Origin: a virus
IMG/VR virus record: IMGVR_UViG_3300024346_000022
Location: 1-64,000 of that record
Length of the DNA stretch: 64,000 bases
Reading direction: 5' to 3' (one strand)
Each line of letters begins with the position of its first letter. The first letter of the stretch is position 1. A program made the translations under genes and the position numbers. The notes beneath the pieces are model-generated. The model searched no databases, was not told the DNA's origin, and was given only the letters and a program-made list of their open reading frames with translations. Of this stretch, positions 17,270 through 27,293 are shown piece by piece.

Positions 17270-20240
17270 GAATTATATTAATATATTGAACATCAAAAGA
17301 CATGGAGGTTCCGGAGAAAGAACCAGACCAAGTTGGGTTGGTGAAGCCGTGCGTGTGTGAACCGCCGCCGGCAGGAAGGTTTGTGGATGTCTGCGGAGAT
17401 CGCGTCCCATAGTTACCTTGTGTTTTAGCTGTAAATTTTGGCGGATCTGGATCATCGGCACCAGCACTTCCGATGGTTTCCAGAGTCAGTGTGTGAGTGT
17501 GATTCGGGATCTCCGTCGCACCCAGCGTCCATGCACTTACAGCGCCGCTAGTGTTGGTGCCGGAAACAGTACCCGAAGGAGTTCTAGTAGAAGCAAATGC
17601 AGTTGTAAAATTCAAACTACCACCAGAAGTGCCACCATTAGTTCCAGCAGTTCCAGATACAACTCTTAATGCCTTGTTATCTTGTGTCTCGACTCTTGTC
17701 CATCCACTTGGTGCTAGTGCCTGATAGAAGAGTAATGTAACTCCAGTTGCAAAACTTTCTGATCCGGCACCAGGAGGACCAGGAGGACCAGTAACACTTG
17801 GTCCAGGAGGACCAGTAACACTTGGACCCGGAGGACCCGGAGGACCAGTAACACTTGGACCCGGAGGACCAGTAACACTTGGACCCGGAGGACCAGTAAC
17901 ACTTGAACCTTGAGTACCCTGAGTACCCTGAGTACCTTGACCGGCATTTTGTCCCGATATTCCCTGAGTACCTTGGCGACCCTGAAGACCTTGAGTACCC
18001 TGAGTACCTTGACCGGAATTTTGTCCTGCTATACCTTGAGTACCTTGAGTACCAGTACCTTGAGTACCCTGAAGACCCTGAGTACCCTGAGTACCTTGAC
18101 CGGCATTTTGTCCCGATATTCCCTGAGTACCTTGGCGACCCTGAAGACCCTGAGTACCCTGAGTACCCTGAGTACCTTGACCGGCATTTTGTCCCGATAT
18201 TCCCTGAGTACCTTGAGTACCAGTACCTTGAGTACCCTGAAGACCCTGAGTACCTTGAGTACCTTGACCGGCATTTTGTCCCGCTATTCCCTGAAGACCC
18301 TGAGTGCCTTGGCGACCCTGAAGACCTTGAGTACCCTGAGTACCTTGACCGGCATTTTGTCCTGCTATACCTTGAGTACCCTGAAGACCCTGAGTACCCT
18401 GAAGACCCTGAGTACCCTGAGTACCTTGACCGGCATTTTGTCCTGCTATACCTTGAGTACCCTGAAGACCCTGAGTACCCTGAGTACCTTGAGTACCTTG
18501 ACCGGCATTTTGTCCCGCTATTCCCTGAAGACCCTGAGTACCTTGGCGACCCTGAAGACCTTGAGTACCTTGAGTACCCTGAAGACCTTGAGTACCCTGA
18601 GTACCTTGAAGACCTTGAAGACCGGCAGCAAATGGAGTGGTCCAACTTACTCCAACACCAGTAGAAATGAGGACACTACCACCAGCACCTACATTTCCAT
18701 AAAAATCTTTCAGTGATGAACTTAATCCGACAGTTCCACCAACGTTTAGATTTTTTTCAATTCCAACACCACCTTCGGTAACAATCGATCCGGTATCCTT
18801 ACTAATAGATTGAGTTATGTCATTTACATAAACGGCATCATTAATCTGAGTTGTACCGGCACTGGAATCTAAAATAAGATTTCCAACAATAGTTTCAATA
18901 TTATTTTCGTATATTTTAATGTTGTCGAATGTTCCAACTCCAGTCACATTTAAGTCATTAACATTAACCTGAGAATTAAAAGTTCCTACTCCGGATACAT
19001 TTAGATTTTGAGTTCCAATTCTTGTAACATCAATTTCGCCGCCATTTATATCAACAGTTGAAAAGGTTGATACTCCAGTTGCATTTAATCTATTCAGAGT
19101 GGTAATTCCAGTTATACCCAAATCACTATTGATATTAACTTTCTGTAAAAATGTTGATACTCCAGTTACATAAAGTTGAGATACATTAAGTTCACCCACA
19201 AACTTAGTTGCGGTTACGATTCCAGTAAAGAATGCACTTGTTCCGGTAACAAATCCAATCGTCGTAACTCCGGTGACCTGAAGATTTCTGGTGGTCGTTG
19301 TTCCCGATACCGCAAGAGTTAAAGTTGTTGTAACACCGGTTACATTAAGATTATCAATCGTTGTTCCGCCCTTAAAACTAGATATCCCCAAGACATCCAG
19401 CAATACTTTTGGTTGAGTGCTTCCAATACCTATACGATTATTAACTTCATCAAATACAAAATTAGAAGCACCACCAACCAATCCAACATTATTATGAAAT
19501 TGAATATTTTGATATGTACCACCTGCCCCTGCTCTAATTGTGCCTTGATCTACCCAAGTCAATCCACCAAAATTATTTTTTACTAAAAGTTGAGTATTAC
19601 TTCCTGGTTGATTAGTAAAATCATAAATTGTTCCGGTAAGTCTAAGATCTCCTTGAAGATGAAGTTCTTGTGTTGGGTTCGTAGTACCAATTCCGACAGA
19701 ACCAACACCAGTTGTGGTAATTACGGTTCCACCGGCACCTACAATAATTCTATCTCCTGCAGTTAATAATCCATTAGATGAGTCAAACTTTAATTTTGTG
19801 GATGTTGAAAATTCATTTGCCGTGTTAAATATTATTTCTTGATTATTTCCTGGAGCAAATACAGTAATATCAACATTTGTCGCAGGAGAAGAATCTAAAT
19901 TTAAATATCCCTTTGCAGTAATTGCCACTCCAATCAAGTTTAGTTGAGTAGTACTACTCAATCCTCCTACGAGACTCCCTTCATTAAAAATACTGATAGT
20001 TCCCGGAATAATTCCACCTTGATTTGGAATCCAATATCTTTCTCCGGAAGTACTTCCCTCAACAGAAACCATAATAAACTGTTGCCCTACAGGAACAGGT
20101 TTTGCGGATACTGATGACGGTCCAACTAAAGGATCGCCAAGATTCGGTTCTGCATTTTCAATAGATAAGTACCTATATCTATCTGATGTTAATTCAGATT
20201 GGCGTGTTAATTTACTGCGTCCAGAAAGATACTTTGGCAT
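17253..20240 (-). CDS. Collagen-like tail fibre protein (module 1)
   Basis: Long G-T-Q/G-L-Q triplet tract plus SVTGPPGP repeats; C-terminal collar/tip motif (APSGWT...KALRVVSG...HTH...HTH). Confidence 0.8.
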   Translation of the reverse strand: MPKYLSGRSKLTRQSELTSDRYRYLSIENAEPNLGDPLVGPSSVSAKPVPVGQQFIMVSVEGSTSGERYWIPNQGGIIPGTISIFNEGSLVGGLSSTTQLNLIGVAITAKGYLNLDSSPATNVDITVFAPGNNQEIIFNTANEFSTSTKLKFDSSNGLLTAGDRIIVGAGGTVITTTGVGSVGIGTTNPTQELHLQGDLRLTGTIYDFTNQPGSNTQLLVKNNFGGLTWVDQGTIRAGAGGTYQNIQFHNNVGLVGGASNFVFDEVNNRIGIGSTQPKVLLDVLGISSFKGGTTIDNLNVTGVTTTLTLAVSGTTTTRNLQVTGVTTIGFVTGTSAFFTGIVTATKFVGELNVSQLYVTGVSTFLQKVNINSDLGITGITTLNRLNATGVSTFSTVDINGGEIDVTRIGTQNLNVSGVGTFNSQVNVNDLNVTGVGTFDNIKIYENNIETIVGNLILDSSAGTTQINDAVYVNDITQSISKDTGSIVTEGGVGIEKNLNVGGTVGLSSSLKDFYGNVGAGGSVLISTGVGVSWTTPFAAGLQGLQGTQGTQGLQGTQGTQGLQGRQGTQGLQGIAGQNAGQGTQGTQGTQGLQGTQGIAGQNAGQGTQGTQGLQGTQGLQGTQGIAGQNAGQGTQGTQGLQGRQGTQGLQGIAGQNAGQGTQGTQGLQGTQGTGTQGTQGISGQNAGQGTQGTQGTQGLQGRQGTQGISGQNAGQGTQGTQGLQGTQGTGTQGTQGIAGQNSGQGTQGTQGLQGRQGTQGISGQNAGQGTQGTQGTQGSSVTGPPGPSVTGPPGPSVTGPPGPPGPSVTGPPGPSVTGPPGPPGAGSESFATGVTLLFYQALAPSGWTRVETQDNKALRVVSGTAGTNGGTSGGSLNFTTAFASTRTPSGTVSGTNTSGAVSAWTLGATEIPNHTHTLTLETIGSAGADDPDPPKFTAKTQGNYGTRSPQTSTNLPAGGGSHTHGFTNPTWSGSFSGTSMSFDVQYINIILARKN
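17770..18620 (-). repeat. Collagen-like coding tandem repeat
   Basis: 9-bp units (ccttgagta/ccctgagta/ccctgaaga on +) with a higher-order GQNAGQ unit; GPP repeats at ~17770-17905. Confidence 0.95.
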
Positions 20241-20242
20241 AA

Positions 20243-20917
20243 TTAGGTTGTACTATTTTCCAGAATGCTGCAAATAAATTCCATCTGAAGTGGTCCTACC
20301 AAACCACCACTTACATATGTATGGGGAATTCCAGAGGATATCCCTGCGTTAGTTACAAAGGTTTTAGAGGTTCCCACACTTCCGATAATATTATCTATGG
20401 TGAAAGATTGCTGTGGAGATGGAAAAATTGTAGTAGTAATTCCATAATTTCCACCAGCACAAGCAAATGAAAGTCCACTCATCGTGACTTCATCACCGAT
20501 ATTAAAGTTGTGAGGAGTGACAGTTACAATTGTTGTGATTCCAGTAGTATCAGTATATTGGCAAGTTGAAACCGCCACAATTCCCGATTGTGTTCCTTTA
20601 ATTAATATGGAGTCAGTAACAATAGCGGTTCTTTCTAATACCAATCTACCGTCAATAATTACGAGAGAATCATTTGGTGGAATTTCAGCATTCTTTATAA
20701 TTCTATTATTTCTCGTGTTCCCAAAAGTTCTCTGAGAAGTGCTCTTTCTTCGGTGTGTGAAAGTAACTGTTGGATAAGTATTCCCAATCGCAACATTAGA
20801 TACTTGAGCATAAAGTACAATAGCAGAAACACCAGTAGGTGCCGTATATACAGTCTGCTCTCCTGGAGCAACTGGAACTGCAATTGTCAAAAATTTATTA
20901 AGTGGTGCGACTGCCAT
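20243..20917 (-). CDS. Virion structural protein (paralogue of 57032-57379 with an inserted beta domain)
   Basis: LN.F.TI...YT.P.G...IVL.AQ.SN, G.LVLE, FI.SILE shared with 57032-57379. Confidence 0.7.
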   Translation of the reverse strand: MAVAPLNKFLTIAVPVAPGEQTVYTAPTGVSAIVLYAQVSNVAIGNTYPTVTFTHRRKSTSQRTFGNTRNNRIIKNAEIPPNDSLVIIDGRLVLERTAIVTDSILIKGTQSGIVAVSTCQYTDTTGITTIVTVTPHNFNIGDEVTMSGLSFACAGGNYGITTTIFPSPQQSFTIDNIIGSVGTSKTFVTNAGISSGIPHTYVSGGLVGPLQMEFICSILENSTT

Positions 20918-20920
20918 ATT

Positions 20921-23443
20921 TTACCTCAATGCTAGAATTAATGGTGTAACTTCTGCTTGTATTGCCTTACTGAAATCTCTTCCCCTAATTGTAGATGTTG
21001 GTTGATTGATTTGGAAACCTTCACCTATATCAAAATTACCTTTTTGGTCGGTACTTGTAAATGGAATTTGTGCTCCGTCTAAAGCAACAATTTCGTTTGC
21101 CTTAATTGGAACACCCCCAGTAAAGGGTGTTGCTGTATTTATATTAGTACCAGTTCCAATATATTCAAAAGAGTGTGAACTTGTTAAAATTCTACTGATT
21201 CTTCTAAAAGAAACTTGTTCTGTACCAAATAATTGATATGGAATAAATTCGGTAAATGTAACTGTTGTAATACCCGCAGAATTTTCCGTTGCGGAATCAA
21301 CAGCATAATAAATGGGTCTTGTAACCACTTCTGCGGTTGCTTTACCTGGTCTTGGTTCACCATCAATAAAAACTTCTAGGTTTTGTGTTGCCAGATAATT
21401 TCTTCCACTATTTACAACATCAATAGCAGTGATTGCACCGGTAACTGGATCGACGGTTGGACTTAACTCTGCAATAATACCCTGTGGTCCTTTTGGTTGT
21501 TGAGAATTATCAGAACTGTCACGAATAATAACAGTTGGTGGGGCGGCAGCACTGTAATCACTTCCGCCATATGAAACTCTAACTTCCTGAACCTCAACCA
21601 TAGGTTGTTGAATTATACCACTACCAACAGCATCTGGATAATTACTTAAGTTTATCTTGAAGAATAGTGTTTGACCGTCATAAGGTCTTCTTGTGTTTCC
21701 TATACCCGTAAAAGTAACAATATCACTACCAGCATCAACACCCGTTTGTCCTCTATTTGGAGGATAAGTACCTACAGTTCCTGTAAATTCTGTGGAACCA
21801 ATTCCAACTGCTTTTAAACCATAATTACCAAAAGAAGAGTTGGAGTTTGTTAAATCACAAGATCCTCCAGTATCACAATAAATTCCAATATCACAGTTAA
21901 TTGTGAAAATAGAAACTAACTGAGCGTAACCATTATTTGTAATTGAAACGCCAATACCATTTTCATTATATTGAGTGAATGAATCACACACCATACACTT
22001 CAAATCATTACCTGGTGTAGAGGCAGTGGCATGATTTCCATTTATTTTCATACCAATACTGCCCGTCATAAAGTTGGTACAGTTTCTAATATATGGACTT
22101 CTCCATCTATTAGTCGGTCCTTCATTCGCTGGTCCTGGAGCAATATACCCAGAAACGGCATAATCTGCAGGATTAGTTGGAGGGAATGCTACGGCACCAC
22201 AACCGGTATGTGCAATAGAAACACTCGATCCTGCAAAGTTTATGTTTTCAATCAGACATCCTCTTCTGACATGGAAAACATCTTTAGTAACATTAAGAGG
22301 TCTAATCGTAACAAGTCTCAAATCTTGCCCCGTGACTGTAACATCAGTACGAAGACCAATTGGATTATTTTCGGTATAAACTCCTGGTCGAATCACAATT
22401 GTATCTCCAGGTTCTGCTACTGCCGCAGCACCACCTACAGTTGATTTTGCGTCACCTTCAAGTAAACCAGTGTTCGTGTCATTACCATCTTTAGTGACCC
22501 AAATTGTATTTTGAGTCTCAACTCCAGCAGGTCTCCAAGATACTCCAGTTCCTACAGATGATAATCTATAGTCAAATTTACCAGTAGCAGTACTGTTGTT
22601 TACATCTATTAAAGATGAATTAAGTTCAACTGTCCCATCAAAAACAGAAGTTCCATCAACATCTAAATTTGCTTGAACATTTACTATATTAGTTGCAGAA
22701 TCAAGATTTAAGTTTCCAGTTGCAGTATCAATAGTATTATCATTAGCACCATCAGCAATTCTAATTTCTCCAATATGTGCATCAGAGAATGGCAATGCGG
22801 AAGTTCCCAAATACGCCCCCTCATCAGAGTCTGGTACAATACCAGTATCAACGGTTACTAATCCTCCCAATCTTGAAGTTAAATCAACATCTAAAGTTGC
22901 ATTTAAGGTAGTAGCACCATCTACATTTAGAGTTGTATCTAAATCTGTGGCACCTTTTACATTAAGTGTTGTTTGTAATGTAGTAGCACCATCTACATTT
23001 AGAGTATCGTTGAGAGTAGTTGCACCATCAACATCTAGAGTAGAATCAAATTCAACTTCATCTACAACATGGAGATCTCCATTTACATCTAATTTAAATG
23101 CTGGAATAGTAAGTCCAATACCAACAAATCCCAAAGAAGTAACAACAAGATCTTGTCCAGTACCTCCGACTTGAAATCTCTCAAAAACTACCGAAGTTCC
23201 TATACCAACATTAGTCAGTCTATAAATTGATGCAGAACTACCAGCACCAGCAAATCCCCATAAGTCTTGTGTACGAATGTCCGCAATCCAATTTGGATTA
23301 TCAGAATTAACGACAGGTACTAAAGTATCTGTTCCTACACCGAGACTATTTGTCTGAACAAAATTTATAGCTGCAAATGCTTGTGCTAAATCATCTGTTG
23401 GTATGAATACTCCCTGGTCCTGAACATAAAAATAATTTGGCAT
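20921..23443 (-). CDS. Virion structural protein with beta-helix-like domain (paralogue of 57383-61387)
   Basis: WVTKDGNDTNTG...PGVYTENNP; DSFTQYN...NNGYAQLVS.FTI...CDLTNSNSSFGNYGL; FTSTDQ.GNF.IG.G; late promoter upstream. Confidence 0.75.
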   Translation of the reverse strand: MPNYFYVQDQGVFIPTDDLAQAFAAINFVQTNSLGVGTDTLVPVVNSDNPNWIADIRTQDLWGFAGAGSSASIYRLTNVGIGTSVVFERFQVGGTGQDLVVTSLGFVGIGLTIPAFKLDVNGDLHVVDEVEFDSTLDVDGATTLNDTLNVDGATTLQTTLNVKGATDLDTTLNVDGATTLNATLDVDLTSRLGGLVTVDTGIVPDSDEGAYLGTSALPFSDAHIGEIRIADGANDNTIDTATGNLNLDSATNIVNVQANLDVDGTSVFDGTVELNSSLIDVNNSTATGKFDYRLSSVGTGVSWRPAGVETQNTIWVTKDGNDTNTGLLEGDAKSTVGGAAAVAEPGDTIVIRPGVYTENNPIGLRTDVTVTGQDLRLVTIRPLNVTKDVFHVRRGCLIENINFAGSSVSIAHTGCGAVAFPPTNPADYAVSGYIAPGPANEGPTNRWRSPYIRNCTNFMTGSIGMKINGNHATASTPGNDLKCMVCDSFTQYNENGIGVSITNNGYAQLVSIFTINCDIGIYCDTGGSCDLTNSNSSFGNYGLKAVGIGSTEFTGTVGTYPPNRGQTGVDAGSDIVTFTGIGNTRRPYDGQTLFFKINLSNYPDAVGSGIIQQPMVEVQEVRVSYGGSDYSAAAPPTVIIRDSSDNSQQPKGPQGIIAELSPTVDPVTGAITAIDVVNSGRNYLATQNLEVFIDGEPRPGKATAEVVTRPIYYAVDSATENSAGITTVTFTEFIPYQLFGTEQVSFRRISRILTSSHSFEYIGTGTNINTATPFTGGVPIKANEIVALDGAQIPFTSTDQKGNFDIGEGFQINQPTSTIRGRDFSKAIQAEVTPLILALR

Positions 23444-23483
23444 CGTAATTGTTTATGTTAAAAATATTTATGGATCATAATTA

Positions 23484-23918
23484 TTATTCCGGATAAATTG
23501 GAACACCTTCATCCAAAATGAAAATTCCATCCGAATATGTGGAAAGTCCTACGATTGTACCAAATCCGCAGCATGGAGAAGCACCATCGACAATAAGAGG
23601 GATCCAACGAATTCCATTAACATCTCGGGACAGTTGATATCCATTTCTTCCAGGAACATTTACCGAATCATAAATGTTTTCATCTATTTTAACACTTCCC
23701 GCAACATCCAATCTTTGTTGTGGTTGGGTAGTACCAATTCCAATCCTACCATTTACAATTATATTTTCTCTAACATCTAGATTGTCTAAAAATATATTTA
23801 ATAAATCTTCTGGTATCTTATATGTAATATCAAATTCTAAATCTTTCTCAGTTACAAACTCTATTTCATCAGAAACAAAATACTTTTTGGCGTAGGTGAA
23901 TGTACTAAATGCTGCCAT
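23484..23918 (-). CDS. Structural protein, hypothetical
   Basis: IGIGTTQP..LDV.G fibre-type motif. Confidence 0.6.
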   Translation of the reverse strand: MAAFSTFTYAKKYFVSDEIEFVTEKDLEFDITYKIPEDLLNIFLDNLDVRENIIVNGRIGIGTTQPQQRLDVAGSVKIDENIYDSVNVPGRNGYQLSRDVNGIRWIPLIVDGASPCCGFGTIVGLSTYSDGIFILDEGVPIYPE

Positions 23919-23921
23919 TTT

Positions 23922-24632
23922 TTATAAATTACTTTTTTTATCGTAGTGATAACCAACAATTGATCTTTCAGTATTATCTCCTGGATAATCTTCTATATCT
24001 CCCTCATATTCTACTATTAATTTTTCGGTATCTATTCTTTCGCCAAATATATGATAAAAACAGCATACTAGAATATTTTCTGCTGATTCTAATACAACTT
24101 CTTTACTATCAAAGCATTTTACAAAAATATTATGATAGGAACCAATTGGAGTAACCGAAATTGTGATTGTATTCGGATCCACAAGTTTTTCCCAATATTC
24201 AGGAAGTTTAATTATATTTGTATTTATTAATTTTCCCCTAACATATACTGCTGCTTCCGGACCCTCAAGACAACTATGAGTTAGTCTCCAACCTTCCTTT
24301 GTTGGGTGAGGAATATCAAAGTTTTTCTTTGCCGAAAGTCTGTGTTTTCCATTATTTGAATAAACTTCTCTTTTTGCCTTGACAGTTTTTCCCACATTAA
24401 CATTCCCATCTACATTAACATCTATTTTAACATTCACACTCTTCTTAACATTCACATTACCATCAGTATTAATATCAGGAGTGTTGGGTTCTTGGGGGTT
24501 TTTGATTACATTCAGAGTTCCATAAAGATTAGAAGCGGCAGGACCTCCTCCGGGATAAACTTCCATACCAGCCCACATTATTGGAGCCTTATTAAAGTTT
24601 ATTTCTTTACTTAGGTAAGTCTTATCTGCCAT
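23922..24632 (-). CDS. Baseplate-region structural protein
   Basis: KNFDIPHPTKEGWRL.H.CLEGPE..VYVRG motif; lies downstream of gp5. Confidence 0.6.
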   Translation of the reverse strand: MADKTYLSKEINFNKAPIMWAGMEVYPGGGPAASNLYGTLNVIKNPQEPNTPDINTDGNVNVKKSVNVKIDVNVDGNVNVGKTVKAKREVYSNNGKHRLSAKKNFDIPHPTKEGWRLTHSCLEGPEAAVYVRGKLINTNIIKLPEYWEKLVDPNTITISVTPIGSYHNIFVKCFDSKEVVLESAENILVCCFYHIFGERIDTEKLIVEYEGDIEDYPGDNTERSIVGYHYDKKSNL

Positions 24633-24636
24633 ATAA

Positions 24637-25215
24637 TTATCCTATTGCTCCATATTTATTTGTACCACCGGCATTAAAAGTTTCTTCAACATCATCATCA
24701 CCACAGGGAGAACCAGCGGGGAATATTTTTTCACCGGTAGATGTTCCTTTAGGAGCAAGATTTCCTGTTTTTGCTATAGTATCTGCCTGATTTGATTGAG
24801 TTACAAAACGAGAACCAGCCTTAATATTTACATTTCTACCTGCGGTCAAATTAATATTTTCATCGGCATCAAGAATTATATTTTTTGCTCGAATTCTGAC
24901 ATTACCATTTCTTTCTGCCGTGATTGTTACATCTCCATTCTTACCAGCGATTACAATATCCACTCCACCACCAGAATTATTCTGCCCGGCAATAATTTCA
25001 ATTGAGCGGTCGTTGTAAATATGATACATCCCACTACCATTAGTCAATCCACATACATTATTATCCAGATCATCGGTGACTCCGTACATGGTATAAACAT
25101 TAGCACCATCCAATCCTAACTGCGGATTTCTAACATCTATTCCAAAGTTAGGTCCCAGTTTCCAATAACTTCTTTCTTCCCAGTTTGCCTCTCTAGCCAT
25201 TTTTATACCACACAA
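24637..25215 (-). CDS. gp5 C-terminal beta-helix-like protein
   Basis: Repetitive I.I.A..G.V.I.A..I.LDA pattern next to gp5. Confidence 0.55.
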   Translation of the reverse strand: MCGIKMAREANWEERSYWKLGPNFGIDVRNPQLGLDGANVYTMYGVTDDLDNNVCGLTNGSGMYHIYNDRSIEIIAGQNNSGGGVDIVIAGKNGDVTITAERNGNVRIRAKNIILDADENINLTAGRNVNIKAGSRFVTQSNQADTIAKTGNLAPKGTSTGEKIFPAGSPCGDDDVEETFNAGGTNKYGAIG

Positions 25216-27293
25216 TCAATAACTTGTTTTATTTCACCCTGGAATGAAGTTCTAAATCCAAATACTGGTTTTAATTTTGCTCCAGAACCAGTTTTACTTA
25301 CCATTCTAAGTATTGGTAAATCTGTAATGTCACTAATATTTATTGGAGTAATACTAACGATTGATCCATTATCAATTACAACATCATATTCATTTCCAAA
25401 GTTGTCAGTTATGGTATCTCCTGATTGATAATTGTATCCGGGATTTAAAATTAAAACTTCAGAAATCGTGATGTTCTGTTGGTCTGTGAGTGTAGTATTA
25501 ATATCTCCAGTACCACCATCGACACCAGTACCACCATCGACACCAGTACCAGTGCCACCATCAGTAACAATAATATCACCAACTTGTGGTTGGTTTCCTA
25601 ATGTATAACCTTCGCCATCAGAATTCATTATAATTGCCGTAACCTGCCCGTTCTCGATGATAGATTGAGCCACGGCACCATATCCTTTTCCACAATTATC
25701 AGTAATTGATACAAATGGTGGATAGGTATAACCAGAACCGCCGGATGTAAGAATTGCTCCAATAATACTTCCCGTATCTCCACTAATAGACCCAAAGATT
25801 GGAAGTGCCGACGCTCCAATACCGCCACCACCAAAAATATTAATCGATGGAGGATTACATACTGTTGGTATTCCACCAAAACAATTACTCAATCCACTAC
25901 CAATAAAGTTCGGGTCACTAATTCCGGGATTTAAGAAATCAAGAGGTCCTATGATGCCCTGAATTCCAGATAATCCTGATTCTGGATCAGAAGCAATAGC
26001 ACTAGCTGTATTAGCAAGATCCAAAATATCATTTATATCAAACGATGAGGATTGAGTTGGTCCAGAACCAATCGTCCATTTCTCAACACCAGGATCCGTT
26101 TCTTCTTCTCCACAGTTGAGTGATAATGAAATACCCAAAAGTCCGCTGGCAAGTTGTGTTACTGTGTCTACAAGATTAAAACCACTAAAACTTAAGATAA
26201 AAGAAAGGGCCCCAAGAACAGCGGACATTCCTGCTATGATTAAATCAATAATTCCGTTAAGCAATCCTCCAAGAAATTGGTCTATAACACAGGTCACAAC
26301 ATTCGCAACATTTTTTAATAGGGCACATACCATATCACTTATAAGTCCACCAAGACTTTCTATAATGCTCGCAATTAAACAGGGAATTAATTTTTGTAAT
26401 TGTTTTATGGGTTCAATTGTTGCACACTGTGCTTCTACTCCCGCTAAATGTGCCCCAGATTTACTCGTCGGTACTGCTGCCGCCGCTATATCATACACTT
26501 GTGCCACACCTTGTTGTAGAGCTGGTTCTAATTTCTCATAAGTACCATTCACAGCTCCGGAAACTATTTCTGTGGCAATACCTTGTATTTTTTGAGAGAT
26601 TTGGTCGCACAATTCTTCTACTTTATCATCTATCCAATTTGATGCTAAATTTGGAAATGATTTTAGGTCCTGTAGATACTTAATCGCATTTTCCAGTTCT
26701 GTGGAAATCTTTTCCATCTTGGAACCAGGTTTTGTTGTCGCAAGTTGAAGTGTATCTCCAATTACACCAGACCAGGCAAGTTGGTTAATACTGTTTGCGG
26801 TTTGTGGTGGTAGATAATATGGAGACTCTTGTGCTTTTTTTGTCTCCGCATTTTGTTCGTTTTTCTTTATTCTGGAACCATCATTTTGGATTCGTGTTGT
26901 ATATCCGGTAAATGGTACAAAAGGGCTGACATAATCTTCACTTGGAACCTGATCTGTTTTTCCAAAACACCCGGAGATCACGGGGATTTGGGCGTTATCT
27001 CCATCCAGAAAAAATCCAAATACAATATCACTCGGTCTTACTTTATGATTAGTACCATAATTTGCCGACCCCGTTCCATCGGATGTGGATAGAAGAACTT
27101 GAGCCCACGGAAGATCTTCATTTGGTAATTCTACGACACTATAAGGATGATATCCCATAATGCGAACCTTAAGTCTATTTCCCCATCCATCTTTATTGAG
27201 TTGCTTCTGAACTTCTTCTGGCGCAATCTGCCCTATCCACCACCGAAATCCGTCTCTTCCCAGAAAATTACTTTTGAGTAGTGATTCTTCCAT
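25203..27293 (-). CDS. gp5: Baseplate hub subunit gp5-like (OB-fold N-terminus)
   Basis: FRWWIGQI...RLKVRIMGYHP...LPWAQV...VFGFFLDGDNAQIPVI.G. Confidence 0.85.
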   Translation of the reverse strand: MEESLLKSNFLGRDGFRWWIGQIAPEEVQKQLNKDGWGNRLKVRIMGYHPYSVVELPNEDLPWAQVLLSTSDGTGSANYGTNHKVRPSDIVFGFFLDGDNAQIPVISGCFGKTDQVPSEDYVSPFVPFTGYTTRIQNDGSRIKKNEQNAETKKAQESPYYLPPQTANSINQLAWSGVIGDTLQLATTKPGSKMEKISTELENAIKYLQDLKSFPNLASNWIDDKVEELCDQISQKIQGIATEIVSGAVNGTYEKLEPALQQGVAQVYDIAAAAVPTSKSGAHLAGVEAQCATIEPIKQLQKLIPCLIASIIESLGGLISDMVCALLKNVANVVTCVIDQFLGGLLNGIIDLIIAGMSAVLGALSFILSFSGFNLVDTVTQLASGLLGISLSLNCGEEETDPGVEKWTIGSGPTQSSSFDINDILDLANTASAIASDPESGLSGIQGIIGPLDFLNPGISDPNFIGSGLSNCFGGIPTVCNPPSINIFGGGGIGASALPIFGSISGDTGSIIGAILTSGGSGYTYPPFVSITDNCGKGYGAVAQSIIENGQVTAIIMNSDGEGYTLGNQPQVGDIIVTDGGTGTGVDGGTGVDGGTGDINTTLTDQQNITISEVLILNPGYNYQSGDTITDNFGNEYDVVIDNGSIVSITPINISDITDLPILRMVSKTGSGAKLKPVFGFRTSFQGEIKQVIDCVV

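Noticed and set aside
17770-18620. Possible CRISPR array
   Set aside because: The repeats are in-frame coding units with no unique spacers, and no cas operon is present.
17677-18716. Long alternative-frame and antisense ORFs (SRYSGYS..., LEYPE..., STLSTL...)
   Set aside because: By-products of the 9-bp collagen repeats, which lack stop codons in several frames.
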